This document shows, one piece after another, positions 19,834 through 30,705 of a DNA stretch of 64,000 nt. This DNA comes from an uncultured Chloroflexia bacterium (GTDB lineage: Bacteria > Chloroflexota > Limnocylindria > Limnocylindrales > CSP1-4): the NCBI GenBank assembly GCA_963813535.1, contig CAWEZH010000001.1, positions 64,001-128,000 on the forward strand, given 5' to 3'. A program made the translations under genes and the position numbers. Position 1 is the first letter of the stretch. The number at the start of each line of letters is the position of its first letter. The notes under the pieces were generated by a model. The model was given only the letters and a program-made list of their open reading frames with translations. It made no database searches and was not told where the DNA came from.

Positions 19834-21156
19834 CCCTGTGACGGCTTTGCTAACCACGTCGGGATGCAACCAGAAAGATCGGCGCATAACTAGACGGTCA
19901 CCAGGCGCCCTCACCTGATCAGCGCTGGTTTGCCCGTGAGAGTTGACCAAGATTGGCAAGCCGTCGCGCTTGCGCGGATAGTCGTCTGGGCGCCCCAATT
20001 CCACGTTGTGCCGATACGACTCCCAAGCATCACCAATCAGTGCCAGCAAACGAGCACTCGGTGACCAGAAGAAGGCACGTCCGATCAACGCCTCTGACCG
20101 AGGATGACTTCGACTCTCTCTCACCAGAGGTACGACAAGAAGACGGTTCAGAACGGTCCGTAACTCGGACGAAGCCCAGGACTCGGCAGCCAAATCGATC
20201 GGTCGAAACGAGGCAAACGACATGTATTCAAGCGGCGTACCCGCGGGAGAAATCGGAGCCGTCTTCACCTCCAAACCGAACTGTTCGAACTCTCTCGTAC
20301 GCCCGCGAGACGGTAGCCCAAGGAGCCGCCGAATCACGGTCGCCTCCGCATTCTTGCTTTGACTTTGGGGAACGCCCAATTCGCGACCAACCACGTCGAT
20401 GCGTCGACCCACGTATCGATGCAGCAGGTGGAGCACGGTTGACTCGAAGACCTCGGCTCCGCCGAAGGGGGCAAGCATTGAGGCGTCAGGTAGCTTGCCC
20501 AGACTATTCAGATATATGGAGTGGACAAAGCGCTCCTTCAAGGCGTATGCGCGTGTCCGACGTTCGCTTCGACCGGGTCCTTTGGTCGCGGAGCCAAGAA
20601 CGCGTGTAAAGCTCTCACTCAACGGAAGTCCCGAAGCCTGACGCTCGCGAATCAGCTCGAAGTCCTGATGCATCAGATCAATCTCATCAACCATCGGGGA
20701 CCAACGGACGACTCGAAGTGTCTTGAAGTCGCCAAGGGCACGACCGCGTTCGTATCCATAGAAAACGAGGAGGAGTCGGTCGAGTTTGGTTCTCAATCCG
20801 GACGCGTCCCATGCTTCATCGGGATTGAAGGCGCCCATCATCCGGAGCGATATCCGCTCCTTCTGTCCGACGCTGCCATCTCCTCGGACGATCAGACCCG
20901 TCGACTTGAGTTCGATGTTGGCGCCGACGAAATCCGGTCGCGGGTCAGAGTTCTGCGGAATGTTGAAGTAGCGCTCGTCGATGTGCCCCGGGATGTGCTT
21001 GGTTCGGTTCGAAGCTGGGCTTTCGAGGGTCGCGCTACTCGGATGCCCGATTTCCCGAAGAGTCTTGCCCACGAGCCACTCGGCGGCCGTCAGAATCGCA
21101 GACTCTGAGGCTGTCGCCGGATCGAACCCGCTCATATTTGGCCGCATGGCTGCCAT
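19807..21156 (-). CDS. MutH/Sau3AI-family restriction endonuclease (two MutH-like domains)
   Basis: NSDPRPDF...IELKST, KERISL, LSES.T..L..ATKG, RAYALK; second domain LEVKT...EYMSF...SFWL; visibly lower GC. Start is uncertain (21135-21156). Confidence 0.82.
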   Translation of the reverse strand: MAAMRPNMSGFDPATASESAILTAAEWLVGKTLREIGHPSSATLESPASNRTKHIPGHIDERYFNIPQNSDPRPDFVGANIELKSTGLIVRGDGSVGQKERISLRMMGAFNPDEAWDASGLRTKLDRLLLVFYGYERGRALGDFKTLRVVRWSPMVDEIDLMHQDFELIRERQASGLPLSESFTRVLGSATKGPGRSERRTRAYALKERFVHSIYLNSLGKLPDASMLAPFGGAEVFESTVLHLLHRYVGRRIDVVGRELGVPQSQSKNAEATVIRRLLGLPSRGRTREFEQFGLEVKTAPISPAGTPLEYMSFASFRPIDLAAESWASSELRTVLNRLLVVPLVRESRSHPRSEALIGRAFFWSPSARLLALIGDAWESYRHNVELGRPDDYPRKRDGLPILVNSHGQTSADQVRAPGDRLVMRRSFWLHPDVVSKAVTGSHPAWRGY

Positions 21157-21167
21157 AGAGAAGCGCC

Positions 21168-22403
21168 TCAGAATGGCGTCCCATTCCATGGGGAGCGCGG
21201 CGGCGTGAACAGCGCGTCCGCGCGTTCGAGAGCGCCGGGCTGGCAGCCGCGCACGCGACCCGCCGCGGCCAGGTCGACGAACCGGTACGCGCCGAGGTAG
21301 GCCGCCGCTAGCGCAGCCACGTCCAACTCGAGATCGGGCGCGGCCGTCGTCCTTGAGACGGTCGCCCGACCATCTGAGACACGCACCTCCCAGCGCGCCG
21401 CGTTCGCGTCGAACATGTCGTCGGCCACGTCGAGCACCAGCGAGCCCGACCCGACGTACGACCGCGCGCCGAGCGCCTCGGCCACATCGATGAGACGCAG
21501 CCACATCCCGTCGTTGACGACCAGCCCCAACCGGCGCGGCTCGATCAGCATGTGCTGGAGCGGATGGGGGACCGGCCCGCGGCGAGTGGCCACGGTCCGC
21601 ACGAGGTCCATCGAGAACAGCCACTCCCACAGCGCCTGCTCGGCGGCCGCGTCGACACCAAGCACCTCCTGGACGTTCATCGTCGACGCCGGCCCGCTCG
21701 TGCCCCAGCTGTTGTCGATCCGGTAGATCGCGTATCCGCGCGGCTCGCCGTCGATCTCGAGCAGCGCCCGGTACTTGATCCCCTGCCCGCGCTGCATCCA
21801 CTCCGCATCGCCGACCAGCCACAGCTTCCACTTGGGTTCGCTGCGATCGAGCGACCCAGGGAGGCCGGGCCGCACTCGGTCGTAGACCCTGGCGAAGATA
21901 TCCGTTGCCTCGTCGATGTCGACCATCCGGATCCGCGCCTCCGGCCCGAGATCGACCGGCTCACGGAACGCGACCGTCGCCGAGTCCACGCTGAATGACG
22001 ACACCGTCGTCCCCTGCCCGAACCCGAACCGCTGGTAGATCGCCGCCTCGGACGCCAGCAGGACGGCGACAGGCTCGCCGCGCCGGCGGGCGTCGTCGAG
22101 GAGCCAGTCCATCATCTGGCGCAGGATCCCTTGCCGCCGATAGTCGGGCCGCACGCCGACACCGGTGATGCCGCTCGCGCCGACCTCGCCGCCCGGGATG
22201 GTCAATCGGAGCGTGTACGCCCCGGCGGTGCCGACCTGTGTCTCGCCCTCGTATGCGCCGACGAAGCGCGAATAGTCGAGGAGCGGACGTTCGCGCTCGA
22301 TCTCGTCGTCATTGAGCGTCTCGGCGAAGGCATCGGACAGGGGCCGCCAGAACTCGCGGAGATCGTCCGGGCGTGGATTGCGAAGGGTGATCTGGTCGGG
22401 CAT
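21168..22403 (-). CDS. eis: Eis-like GNAT acetyltransferase with SCP2-like C-terminus
   Basis: VGVRPDYRRQGIL, LLASEAAIYQRFGFG, WLRLIDVAEAL.AR.Y, LAAAYLG. Confidence 0.88.
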   Translation of the reverse strand: MPDQITLRNPRPDDLREFWRPLSDAFAETLNDDEIERERPLLDYSRFVGAYEGETQVGTAGAYTLRLTIPGGEVGASGITGVGVRPDYRRQGILRQMMDWLLDDARRRGEPVAVLLASEAAIYQRFGFGQGTTVSSFSVDSATVAFREPVDLGPEARIRMVDIDEATDIFARVYDRVRPGLPGSLDRSEPKWKLWLVGDAEWMQRGQGIKYRALLEIDGEPRGYAIYRIDNSWGTSGPASTMNVQEVLGVDAAAEQALWEWLFSMDLVRTVATRRGPVPHPLQHMLIEPRRLGLVVNDGMWLRLIDVAEALGARSYVGSGSLVLDVADDMFDANAARWEVRVSDGRATVSRTTAAPDLELDVAALAAAYLGAYRFVDLAAAGRVRGCQPGALERADALFTPPRSPWNGTPF

Positions 22404-22463
22404 CACCGAATCGTGCCACGGCGTCACCGACTCGACGCGAAACGGGCGCAGACTTCGCATGTC

Positions 22464-23426
22464 ATGCGGCTCGCGACCCTCGATCGGGTCCTCGCGCTCC
22501 TCGTCCTGGCCATCGCAGGGACGGGGCTGCTCGCGCTCAAGGCCGGGGCCGCCGACGGCGGTTGGGTCTTCCTCGTCCACGGGCTGGTCGGCGGCGCGCT
22601 GTTGGCGGCCACGCTGCTGAAGGCCCGGCGGTCGGTGCCGCCGGCGATCCGTGCTGGTCGATGGCGCCCGCTGGTCGTCGCGCTTGCCGTCGCGGCGGCG
22701 ATCGCGGGCGCGCTGGTCGGCGGCTTCGCCTGGGTCGCCTCGGGTCGGCTGCTTGCGCTCGGGTCGTTGACCCTGCTCACGATCCATGCCTGGTTCGGGC
22801 TCGTGCTGGTGCCGCTGGTCGTCGTCCACCTGCTGCCGCGTCGCTGGCGCGTCCTGCGACCACCGGCGAACGGAGGTGTCTCGCGCCGCGCAGTGCTGAC
22901 CGCGGCCGGTCTCGCGGTCGCCGGCGTCGGCGCGTTCGTCGCGACGGCGTCACTCGATCGGCTGCTCGGCGGCGTCCGACGGTTCACGGGGTCACGCTGG
23001 CTGGCACCCGGCGGCGTGCCACCGGCGACGACGTTCTACGGCGAGCCACCGCCGACGATCGACATCGGCGCCTGGCGTCTGACTGCCGATGGACGGGCGA
23101 TGGCGCTCGACGACCTGCGGGCGCTCGGCGAGGTCGACCTGACGGCCGTACTCGATTGCACCTCTGGCTGGGCCGTCGAGACGACCTGGCGTGGCGTGCC
23201 GCTGAGCGCCGTGATCGACATCCCCGCCAGTGGCAGCGTCCGCGTCCGGTCGGTGACCGGCTGGTCGACGGTTCTCACCGCGGACGAGGCGCGGCACGCG
23301 CTCCTCGCGACCGGTGTCGCCGGCGGGCAACTCCCGAAAGAGAACGGCGCTCCGTGCCGGCTCGTCGTCCCGGGTCGGCGCGGCCTCGACTGGGTCAAGT
23401 GGGTCGACGAGGTCGACATGGCTTGA
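22464..23426 (+). CDS. Membrane-anchored molybdopterin oxidoreductase (sulfite oxidase/MsrP-like domain)
   Basis: Four TMs with His residues, VSRRAVL twin-Arg TM, LDCTSGW, W.GV.L, GAPCRLVVPGRRG..WVKWV. Confidence 0.82.
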   Translation: MRLATLDRVLALLVLAIAGTGLLALKAGAADGGWVFLVHGLVGGALLAATLLKARRSVPPAIRAGRWRPLVVALAVAAAIAGALVGGFAWVASGRLLALGSLTLLTIHAWFGLVLVPLVVVHLLPRRWRVLRPPANGGVSRRAVLTAAGLAVAGVGAFVATASLDRLLGGVRRFTGSRWLAPGGVPPATTFYGEPPPTIDIGAWRLTADGRAMALDDLRALGEVDLTAVLDCTSGWAVETTWRGVPLSAVIDIPASGSVRVRSVTGWSTVLTADEARHALLATGVAGGQLPKENGAPCRLVVPGRRGLDWVKWVDEVDMA

Positions 23427-23506
23427 CCGGACCTCGGTCGGGAGACTGATATGCGGGGCGTAGAATCGCCGCCGAAAAAGGGGGCGGATAGGTGGAGGTC
23501 AGGACG

Positions 23507-23968
23507 GTGCGTCGTCAATCCATATCCGGACCATGGTTGGTCGCCGCCGTGGTTCTCGTCGTCGGCACCATCGCAGCGGGATGCTCCTCGGGTGCGGCCT
23601 CGCCGACGGCTGCCCCGGCAACCTCGGCTGCCGCCGGCGGTTCGATCGCGGTCGAACTGAGTGAATGGAAGGTCGTGCCCGCGTCCGCGACCGCGGCGGC
23701 CGGCTCCGTGACCTTTGCTGTCACCAACGCCGGGACACAGGTGCACGAATTCGTCGTCGTCAAGACCGACCTGAAGGCCGATGCGCTGCCCGTCGTCGAC
23801 AACAAGATCGACGAGACGACACTGACGCCAGTCGACGAGATCGAGGACATCGCGGCCGGGGCGGCGCCGACGCTCGCCGTCGACCTCGACGCCGGCCACT
23901 ATGTGCTGCTCTGCAACATCGAGACACACTATGCGCAGGGCATGCACGCCGACTTCGACGTGAGCTGA
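23507..23968 (+). CDS. Type-1 blue-copper (cupredoxin) lipoprotein
   Basis: GGAGG RBS, IAAGC lipobox, HEFVV, YVLLCNIETHYAQGM (His/Cys/His/Met ligands). Confidence 0.85.
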   Translation: MRRQSISGPWLVAAVVLVVGTIAAGCSSGAASPTAAPATSAAAGGSIAVELSEWKVVPASATAAAGSVTFAVTNAGTQVHEFVVVKTDLKADALPVVDNKIDETTLTPVDEIEDIAAGAAPTLAVDLDAGHYVLLCNIETHYAQGMHADFDVS

Positions 23969-23982
23969 CGTCTCCCTCCCGC

Positions 23983-26780
23983 TCAGACCGGCGGTAGTTC
24001 CTGCGCGTCGGTCTGGGCGGCCGCGAACAGGTCACCGACCTTCGCGACCCGTTCGGGCAGCGTCCGGATCGTCCAGCGGTCCGGTCGAAGGTCGGGATCG
24101 TCGAGCTCGTCCCACGAGATCGGCGCGCTGACCGGCGCGCCCGGCGCAGGTCGCACCGAGTACGGCGCGACGAGCGTCTTGATCGACGCGTTCTGGGTGT
24201 AGTCGAGCCGCGCGCGGCCCTTCCGAGCGGCCTTGGCCCACTCCCACGAGATCAGGTCGGGCACGGTCGAGCCGACCGCCCTGGAGACCCGCTCGACCCA
24301 TTGGCTCGTCTCGGCGAAGTCGTACTTGCCGTGGACGATCGGGATCCAGACCTGGATGCCGCGCTTGCCCGTCGTCTTGGGATAGCCGCGCACGCCAAGG
24401 TGCTCGAGTGCGGCCCGGTACAGGCGGGCGAGCGTGAGTGTCTCGTCCCAGGTCGTCTTCTCGCCCGGGTCGATGTCGATGTAGGCGAACGCCGGCTGCC
24501 ACGGCTCGGGCAGCTTGCCGGTCCAGGCGTGGACCTCGAAGCTGGCCTGGTTGCCGAGCCAGGCGAGACTGGCGGCATCGACCGCCAGCAGGTGGTCGTT
24601 GGCGTCGCGATCCTCGCGCCCGTCGACGCCGGTCTCGTGCCACCGCTTCAGCCATTTCGGCGCGGTCTCCGGGATGTCCTTCTGCCAGAACCCGGGTGCG
24701 CCGGCGCCGTTCGGGAAGCGCTGCAGGTTGAGCGGCCTGTCGTAGAGGTGCGGCAGCATCGTGGGCGCGATCGTCGCGAAGTAGCGGATGAGCTCGCGCT
24801 TGGTGACCGGCGGTTCCTGTTCGCCGTCCGGCCCCGGCCGACCCTCGAACAGCGGCTTGTCGAGGTTGGTCAGCTTCAGCTCCCGACCCCCGATGTGCCA
24901 CACGCCTTCCTTGCCGAGGGCCTCGAGCTCGGCCAGCTCGGCGGGCGTCGGTCCGGCGAACTCGGGGGTCGACGACTTGGCGGCTCGACTCGGCTTGGCA
25001 GCTTTGGCGGGGCTCGCCGCCTTGCCGGACGTGCCGGACTTCGCGGACTCGGCTGGCTTCGCGGCCTTCACGGGTTTCGCGTTCTTCGAGGGCATCGGCT
25101 CCTCCTCGGGTGGCGCGGGTTCTGCGGCCTCTGCGGCCCGGACCGCGGTGGTCGTGGCGACCGGCATCTCCTTGGCGACCGCCGTCGGGTCGCGTCCCGC
25201 CTCGATGCCCTTGTACGCCGTCTGGCGGACCTGGCCGTCGCGCGTCCAACCGCCGATCTCGGCGCGGATCACGATCTCGGGGCGGACCCACGTGATGTCC
25301 CTGAGGTCGCCGCCCCATCGACCACGGTAGTCCTTGGGCGGTGCGGGGTCGAACGGCGGGTCATCCTGGACCAGCGGCTTCAGGCGCTTCAGGAGGTCGT
25401 TCCGGATCGCCCCCGTGAAGCCGCTGCCGACCTTGCCGGCGAACCGCAGCGCCCCGTCCTCGTAGACGCCGATCGCCAGCGCGCCCAGGTCACGCGCGTT
25501 GCCACTCCCCGGCGTCCAGCCACCGACCACGAAGTCCTGTTCCGGCCGGATCTTGATCTTGAGCCACGCCCCGGTGCGCTTGCCCGGCTCGTAGCGCGAT
25601 CGACGGAGCTTGGCGACCATGCCCTCGACACCGAGCGTCGACGCCGCTTCGAAGAAGGCCTTCCCCTCCCCGACCACGTGCGACGCGAAGCGGACCCGCG
25701 GGTGGTCCTTGAGGACGCTGCGCAACAGCCGTTTGCGGTCCTCGAGCGGGACGTCGAGGAGCGACCGACCGTCGAGGTACAGCAGGTCGAACGCCTGGTA
25801 CACGAGCCCGTTCGCCTCCTTGTCGCCGAGCTTCGTCTGGAGGAGGCTGAAATCGGTCGACCGTCGTCATCGAGCGCCACGACCTCACCATCGATGATGG
25901 CCTGCTGGGCCTCGATCCATCGGCCGGGTGAGCCAAGCAGCCGCGGGAAGTAGGTCGAGGCGTCGTTGAGGTTGCGGGTCAGGATGCGAACCTTGCCGTC
26001 ATCGACGACCGACTGCACGCGGAACCCGTCCCACTTGATCTCGAAGAGCCAGTCGTCGTCGTCGAATGGCTTGGTCGCCAGCGTGGCGAGCATCGGCTCG
26101 ATCTTCTGGGGCAGCGTCGCCGTCTTGGCGCCCGCGAGGTCGATCTCGGCGGTCGCCGCCGGCGCCTGGCTGATCCAGATCGCGTCGCGATTCTCCTTGA
26201 CCTCGTCGTTGGTCCGACCGGTCTTGACGCTCTGGGGGTGATCCTCGGCATCCCAGCCCGGGCTGGCGGCGTCGTCGTTCTTGTGGATGAGCAGCCATTG
26301 GTCGCCGTCGTCGCCCTCGAAGGGGCGGCTGCCGCCCCGTCCGCTCGTGCGGACGATCGTGAACCGGCCCTTGAGCTTCTCGCCGTTGAGCCGGAACTTC
26401 AGCTCGCCGTCCTGGACCGCCTTGCGTCCTTCGAGGGTGGGCGCCTCGGGCTCCCAGATGCCCCAATCCCAGACGATCACGTCACCCGCGCCGTACTGCT
26501 TCGCCGGGATCACGCCTTCGAAATCGAAGTATTCGATCGGGTGGTCTTCGACATGGACGGCCATGCGTCGGACCTTCGAGTCGAGGGTCGGCCCCTTGGG
26601 GACCGCCCACGAGACGAGCACGCCGTCGATCTCGAGCCGGAAGTCGTAATGGAGGCGGGTGGCGCGGTGGCGCTGGACGACGAACCGACCGCTCTTGCCG
26701 CTGGTCGCGGTGTCCAGGTCCGGCGGCGGTTCGGGCGTCTTCCCGAAGTCGCGTTTGCGACGGTATTCCTCGAGGGGCAT
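23983..26780 (-). CDS. ligD: NHEJ DNA ligase D (phosphoesterase-ligase-polymerase); frameshift at about 25855
   Basis: YRRKRDFGKTPEP, HYDFRLE, SWAVPKGP, EIKWDGFR, AFDLLYLDG, EGMVAK, WLKIK, LTNLDK, RFPNG, DIDP, DYTQN, APYSVR; adding one base restores PDFSLLQ. Confidence 0.93.
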
Positions 26781-26824
26781 CGCGCTCAGTGTGCCGCAGG
26801 ATCAGGGGTCGGGGTGGACCTCCG

Positions 26825-29404
26825 TCAACCAGGCTCGATCTCGACCTTGGCCTTCGGTTGTGCCCGCTGCCACAGCCATGCGCTCGCCAGCAGGACGATG
26901 CCGAGCACGACGAACGAGATGACGCGGTAGGCAACGTCGAGCGCCGCCAGGTCGAACAGGAAGACCTTCATCGTCGCCACCGCAAGCAGGGCCAGACCCG
27001 CGAGCCGGATGTCGCGAGCCTTCGACCGGATCCCGTACATGAAGGCCGCCACACCCAGGATCGCCCACAGGACGCTCAAGGCGACCTGTCCTTGCGTCCG
27101 CAGTTCCTCGAAGGCGATCGACCCGCCGGCCCGACGACCCACGATGTCGACCGCGACCACCGAGAGCAGGTACACGAAGAGCACCCCGGCGCCATACCGC
27201 GTCCAACGTCGAAGCGCTGGCTCCGGCCACGATCGCGCGAAGACCTCGGCGCCGATCACCACGACGCCGAGCGCGATCACCGCCTGGAGCGTCAGCAGGA
27301 CCGGGACGGGTGTCGCTCCCACGACAAGGCGAGTCGGCCTCGCGGCCTCATCCACGGCCACCATGGCCGCCGCCAGGATCACGATGCCGGCAGCAGCCGG
27401 CAACGCTCGACTCGGGTCGGACAGGCGCCGCGCGATCAGGATCGCCAGCATCGCGAGCCCGACCCAACCGACACTGATCGCCCACGGCTCGACCTCGAAC
27501 ACGACGGCGTAGGCCGCGACGCCACCCGCGACGAGGACCGAGGCTCGACGTTCCACCAGTCCGCCGAGAAGCCAGCCGGCGACGAGCACGCCGGCGATCA
27601 CGATCGCGGCGGCGGCCGCGCCCTCGTCGGTGAATGGGATCGCCGGTGGAGTGACGTCCCCGAGCTCGACGAGCGGCAGCTCGACCAGGATCAGGTGGGC
27701 GATCGCGATGACGCCGAACGACACCGCCGCGGCGGGCAGGGCGAGCGCCGTCGACGCGCGCCAGTCGACGGTGCGCAGCCGCACGGGGATGAGTCCGTCG
27801 GTCTGCCAGTCGATGGGCACGGTCGGAAGCAGGGGTAGCCATCTCGACGTCGCCGCGGCCGCGACCATCAGCAACGCCGCCGCCGCGACGAGCGCAAGTC
27901 CGGTGAACACGGACACGGCGCAGAACATCGCGACGCTGAACCCGAGGGTCGCGAGGGCCGACCGCAGGCTGCGATCGCCGACGATCCAGACCGCGATGGC
28001 CACGCCCGCGAGGAAGAAGGCGAGTGCGCCGCCGTTGGCATCGATGAACGGCAGACCCGCGGTCGATGGCCCCGTCCACGGATACAACGAGACGACCGCC
28101 AGGGCGGCGAGGACGAACAAGACGGCCGACGCCGCGGCGCTGTAGGGATGCCAGCGCCGCACAGCGACCCAGGCCAAAGCCACGGCCTCTGCCGTCCAGG
28201 CGATCGGCACGGCGGGTGCGTCGAACTGGATCGGCACCGCCATGGTCAGAGCCGCGACGCCGGTGCCCAGGGCAAGGAGCCCGAACAGGTTTCGTTCACC
28301 GTCGCGTGCGACCACGTACCCACCCAGGACGAAGTGGGCTGCCGCCACGATGACCATGAACAGTCCGCGATACATCTCGAGGTCATCGCTCAACACGACG
28401 AAACCGGCCCACACGACGAACGCCGCGTTTCCGAGAAGGACCGTCGCCGACGATGGGCTGAGGACGTCTCTGCGTCGCAGGCCCTCGCCTCCGGCCGCGA
28501 CGGCGTTCAAAGCCCACAGGACGGCGATGCCGGCCAGGCCGATCAGGGGGGCAGGATCTCCGAGGATCCAGGAAGCGGCCTGTGGCACGGTCAGGACGAA
28601 CGCGATCGGCGGCAACCATCGCCACGACTTCCAGAGGGCGACGCCGGTGGTACCGACGAGCGTGACAGCGATGAACGCGAGCGTCGTCGTGTCCGCACTG
28701 GCCTCCAGCAATGGCGGCGCGAGCAGGACGGAGATCAGGCCGAAGGCGGCGACGAGCTGCGAGTCGTTGCGCACGGCGATCACCGCGACGACCACCGCGC
28801 TGAGGAGGGCGCCGAGCAAGCCGACCTCGGTCGGGACGAGGTGGTAGAGCCTCGTCGCGCCGATCAGGCTGATCGAGATGATCGCCAGGCCTACCGGTGT
28901 CAGGACGTGTCCGAGCAGGCGGTTACCGCGATCCAGGAAGACGGCGCCGGAACCGACGGCGATCGCCCCTGCGGCCAGCCCGATCAAGACCCGGAGCTCG
29001 GGCCCGATCCAGCCGCGGCTGAACGCGAGACTCAGGAAGAAGATGGCGCCGAGGACCAGCGCGATGCCGCCGACCACGGCCAGCGCGCGGCCGGCAAGTC
29101 GCTCCTCGAGGTCTCCGAACGTCGCAGCCAAGGATCGGCTGGCCGCCGCTGAAGCCGGCACGGTCGGGGGAACGGGGGCCTGGATCAATGGCGACGGGCG
29201 CGGCTGGCCGGTTGCGGCCGGGTTGCGGTCGGCTGCCAATAGCTCGGCTGGCGCTCGACGAGTCGACGGCGTCGCGGATCCGACCGTCGCCGCCCGATCC
29301 TGGGTGCGCTCCAGGGCGGCGGCCTCGAGCGCGGCGATACGGGCTTCGAGGCGTGCGAGACGATCGTCCAGCGGAACCTGAGGCTCGTCCCCGTCCATGC
29401 CCAT
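26825..29404 (-). CDS. DUF2339-like large polytopic membrane protein
   Basis: RLARLEARIAALE coiled coil, LEERLAGR..A.VGG...LG..FF...AF..GWI.P..RV, C-terminal K.FLFDL..LD..YRVISF. Confidence 0.8.
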   Translation of the reverse strand: MGMDGDEPQVPLDDRLARLEARIAALEAAALERTQDRAATVGSATPSTRRAPAELLAADRNPAATGQPRPSPLIQAPVPPTVPASAAASRSLAATFGDLEERLAGRALAVVGGIALVLGAIFFLSLAFSRGWIGPELRVLIGLAAGAIAVGSGAVFLDRGNRLLGHVLTPVGLAIISISLIGATRLYHLVPTEVGLLGALLSAVVVAVIAVRNDSQLVAAFGLISVLLAPPLLEASADTTTLAFIAVTLVGTTGVALWKSWRWLPPIAFVLTVPQAASWILGDPAPLIGLAGIAVLWALNAVAAGGEGLRRRDVLSPSSATVLLGNAAFVVWAGFVVLSDDLEMYRGLFMVIVAAAHFVLGGYVVARDGERNLFGLLALGTGVAALTMAVPIQFDAPAVPIAWTAEAVALAWVAVRRWHPYSAAASAVLFVLAALAVVSLYPWTGPSTAGLPFIDANGGALAFFLAGVAIAVWIVGDRSLRSALATLGFSVAMFCAVSVFTGLALVAAAALLMVAAAATSRWLPLLPTVPIDWQTDGLIPVRLRTVDWRASTALALPAAAVSFGVIAIAHLILVELPLVELGDVTPPAIPFTDEGAAAAAIVIAGVLVAGWLLGGLVERRASVLVAGGVAAYAVVFEVEPWAISVGWVGLAMLAILIARRLSDPSRALPAAAGIVILAAAMVAVDEAARPTRLVVGATPVPVLLTLQAVIALGVVVIGAEVFARSWPEPALRRWTRYGAGVLFVYLLSVVAVDIVGRRAGGSIAFEELRTQGQVALSVLWAILGVAAFMYGIRSKARDIRLAGLALLAVATMKVFLFDLAALDVAYRVISFVVLGIVLLASAWLWQRAQPKAKVEIEPG

Positions 29405-29641
29405 GATCCAGCCCCCAAATCTGAGCCGACCGACCGTCGGCGCTCGGAACCCTACCGCGACGGCGTGGTGTTACGGGTCAACACGCCGGCGTTCGCGGCA
29501 TGACCGGTTGCGTGCCATGACGCTCTCGAGGCGCAACTGTTGCGACGGGTTCCGAGCACGGGCGCGTGCTGACAGCGGGGTTGGGCCGCGCCAAACGCCG
29601 CAGCCGGGACGAGGTGCGTCCCGCGACCCGCCCGAACGAGG

Positions 29642-30580
29642 CTAGGCGGACTTGCGCTTCCGGGCCGCCGGCTTGGCCTTTTCTTCGTCGTCCGATGCCT
29701 TCGCCCTGGCCCGGGAGGCGGCGGGCTTTCGTGCGGCCGCCGTCTTCTTCTCGCGGGCTTCGGCCACGGAGACAGGCTTCTCGGCACCGGCCTCGCGCGA
29801 CGCCTTGGCGGCCGAGACCGACGCCTCGAGGGCAGCCATCAGATCGATGAGCTTGCCGGTCTCCTCGGGCTCCTCGACCTCGACGGTCTCCTTGCCCTCG
29901 ACCTTGGCCTCGATGATCTTCTCGAGCGCCTCGCGATACTCGTCCTTGTACTGGCCGGGGTCGAACGCGCCGGTCATCGCCGACACGAGCTGCTTGGCCA
30001 TCGTCAGCTCGGCCGGCTTGAAGTCGAACTCCTCTTCCGGCAGGTCGAGCTCCTTCATCGAGCGGATCTCGTCGGGCCAGTGGAGCGTGGTCAGCAGCAA
30101 CGTCTCGGCGAACGGGTCGAGCGCGGCGAGCGCCTCGCGATCCTTGATCACGACCTTGCAGATCGCAGTGAGGCCCTCGTCCTCGAGCACGGACTTGAGG
30201 AGGTAGAAGGCCTTGCGGCCGATCTTGTCGGGCTCGACGTAATAGGCCGACTTGACGAAGCGGACGGCATTGTCGTCGCGCTCGGCCTTCGTGAACTGCT
30301 CGATCTCGATCGAGCGCACGGTCTTGAGCGGCACCCGCTCCAGATCTTCGTCCGTGATGACGACGTACTCGCCGGGCGAGTACTCGTAGCCCTTGACCGT
30401 CTCACTGCGGGAGATCGGCTCGTCCTCGACCGGACACCAGACCTTCATCTGGATGCGCGACAGGTCCTCCTTGTGGAGCATGTTGAAGCTGATGCCCTTG
30501 GACTCGGTCGCGAGATAGAGCTTGATCGGGATGGTGACCAAGCCGAACTGGATGGCCCCCTTCCACATCGCTCGTGCCAC
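29642..30580 (-). CDS. ku: NHEJ Ku protein
   Basis: MWKGAIQFGLVTIPIKLY, VKGYE, LHWPDEIR, YKDEYRE, IDLMAALEASV, basic tail. Confidence 0.96.
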   Translation of the reverse strand: MARAMWKGAIQFGLVTIPIKLYLATESKGISFNMLHKEDLSRIQMKVWCPVEDEPISRSETVKGYEYSPGEYVVITDEDLERVPLKTVRSIEIEQFTKAERDDNAVRFVKSAYYVEPDKIGRKAFYLLKSVLEDEGLTAICKVVIKDREALAALDPFAETLLLTTLHWPDEIRSMKELDLPEEEFDFKPAELTMAKQLVSAMTGAFDPGQYKDEYREALEKIIEAKVEGKETVEVEEPEETGKLIDLMAALEASVSAAKASREAGAEKPVSVAEAREKKTAAARKPAASRARAKASDDEEKAKPAARKRKSA

Positions 30581-30705
30581 GGCGTCGGAACCTCATGCGT
30601 GCGTGCACCGGTTTCTCCGGCCCGATGCATCGGGCGCCACCATAGCGCACACGGGCAACTGCGCCCGTCAACGGCGCGGGCTGCGACCGTGCGGAGACCT
30701 CGCGG

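Noticed and set aside
30639-30671. TTGACG...TATGGT promoter upstream of ku
   Set aside because: The 21-nt spacer is too long for a sigma70 promoter; not supported.
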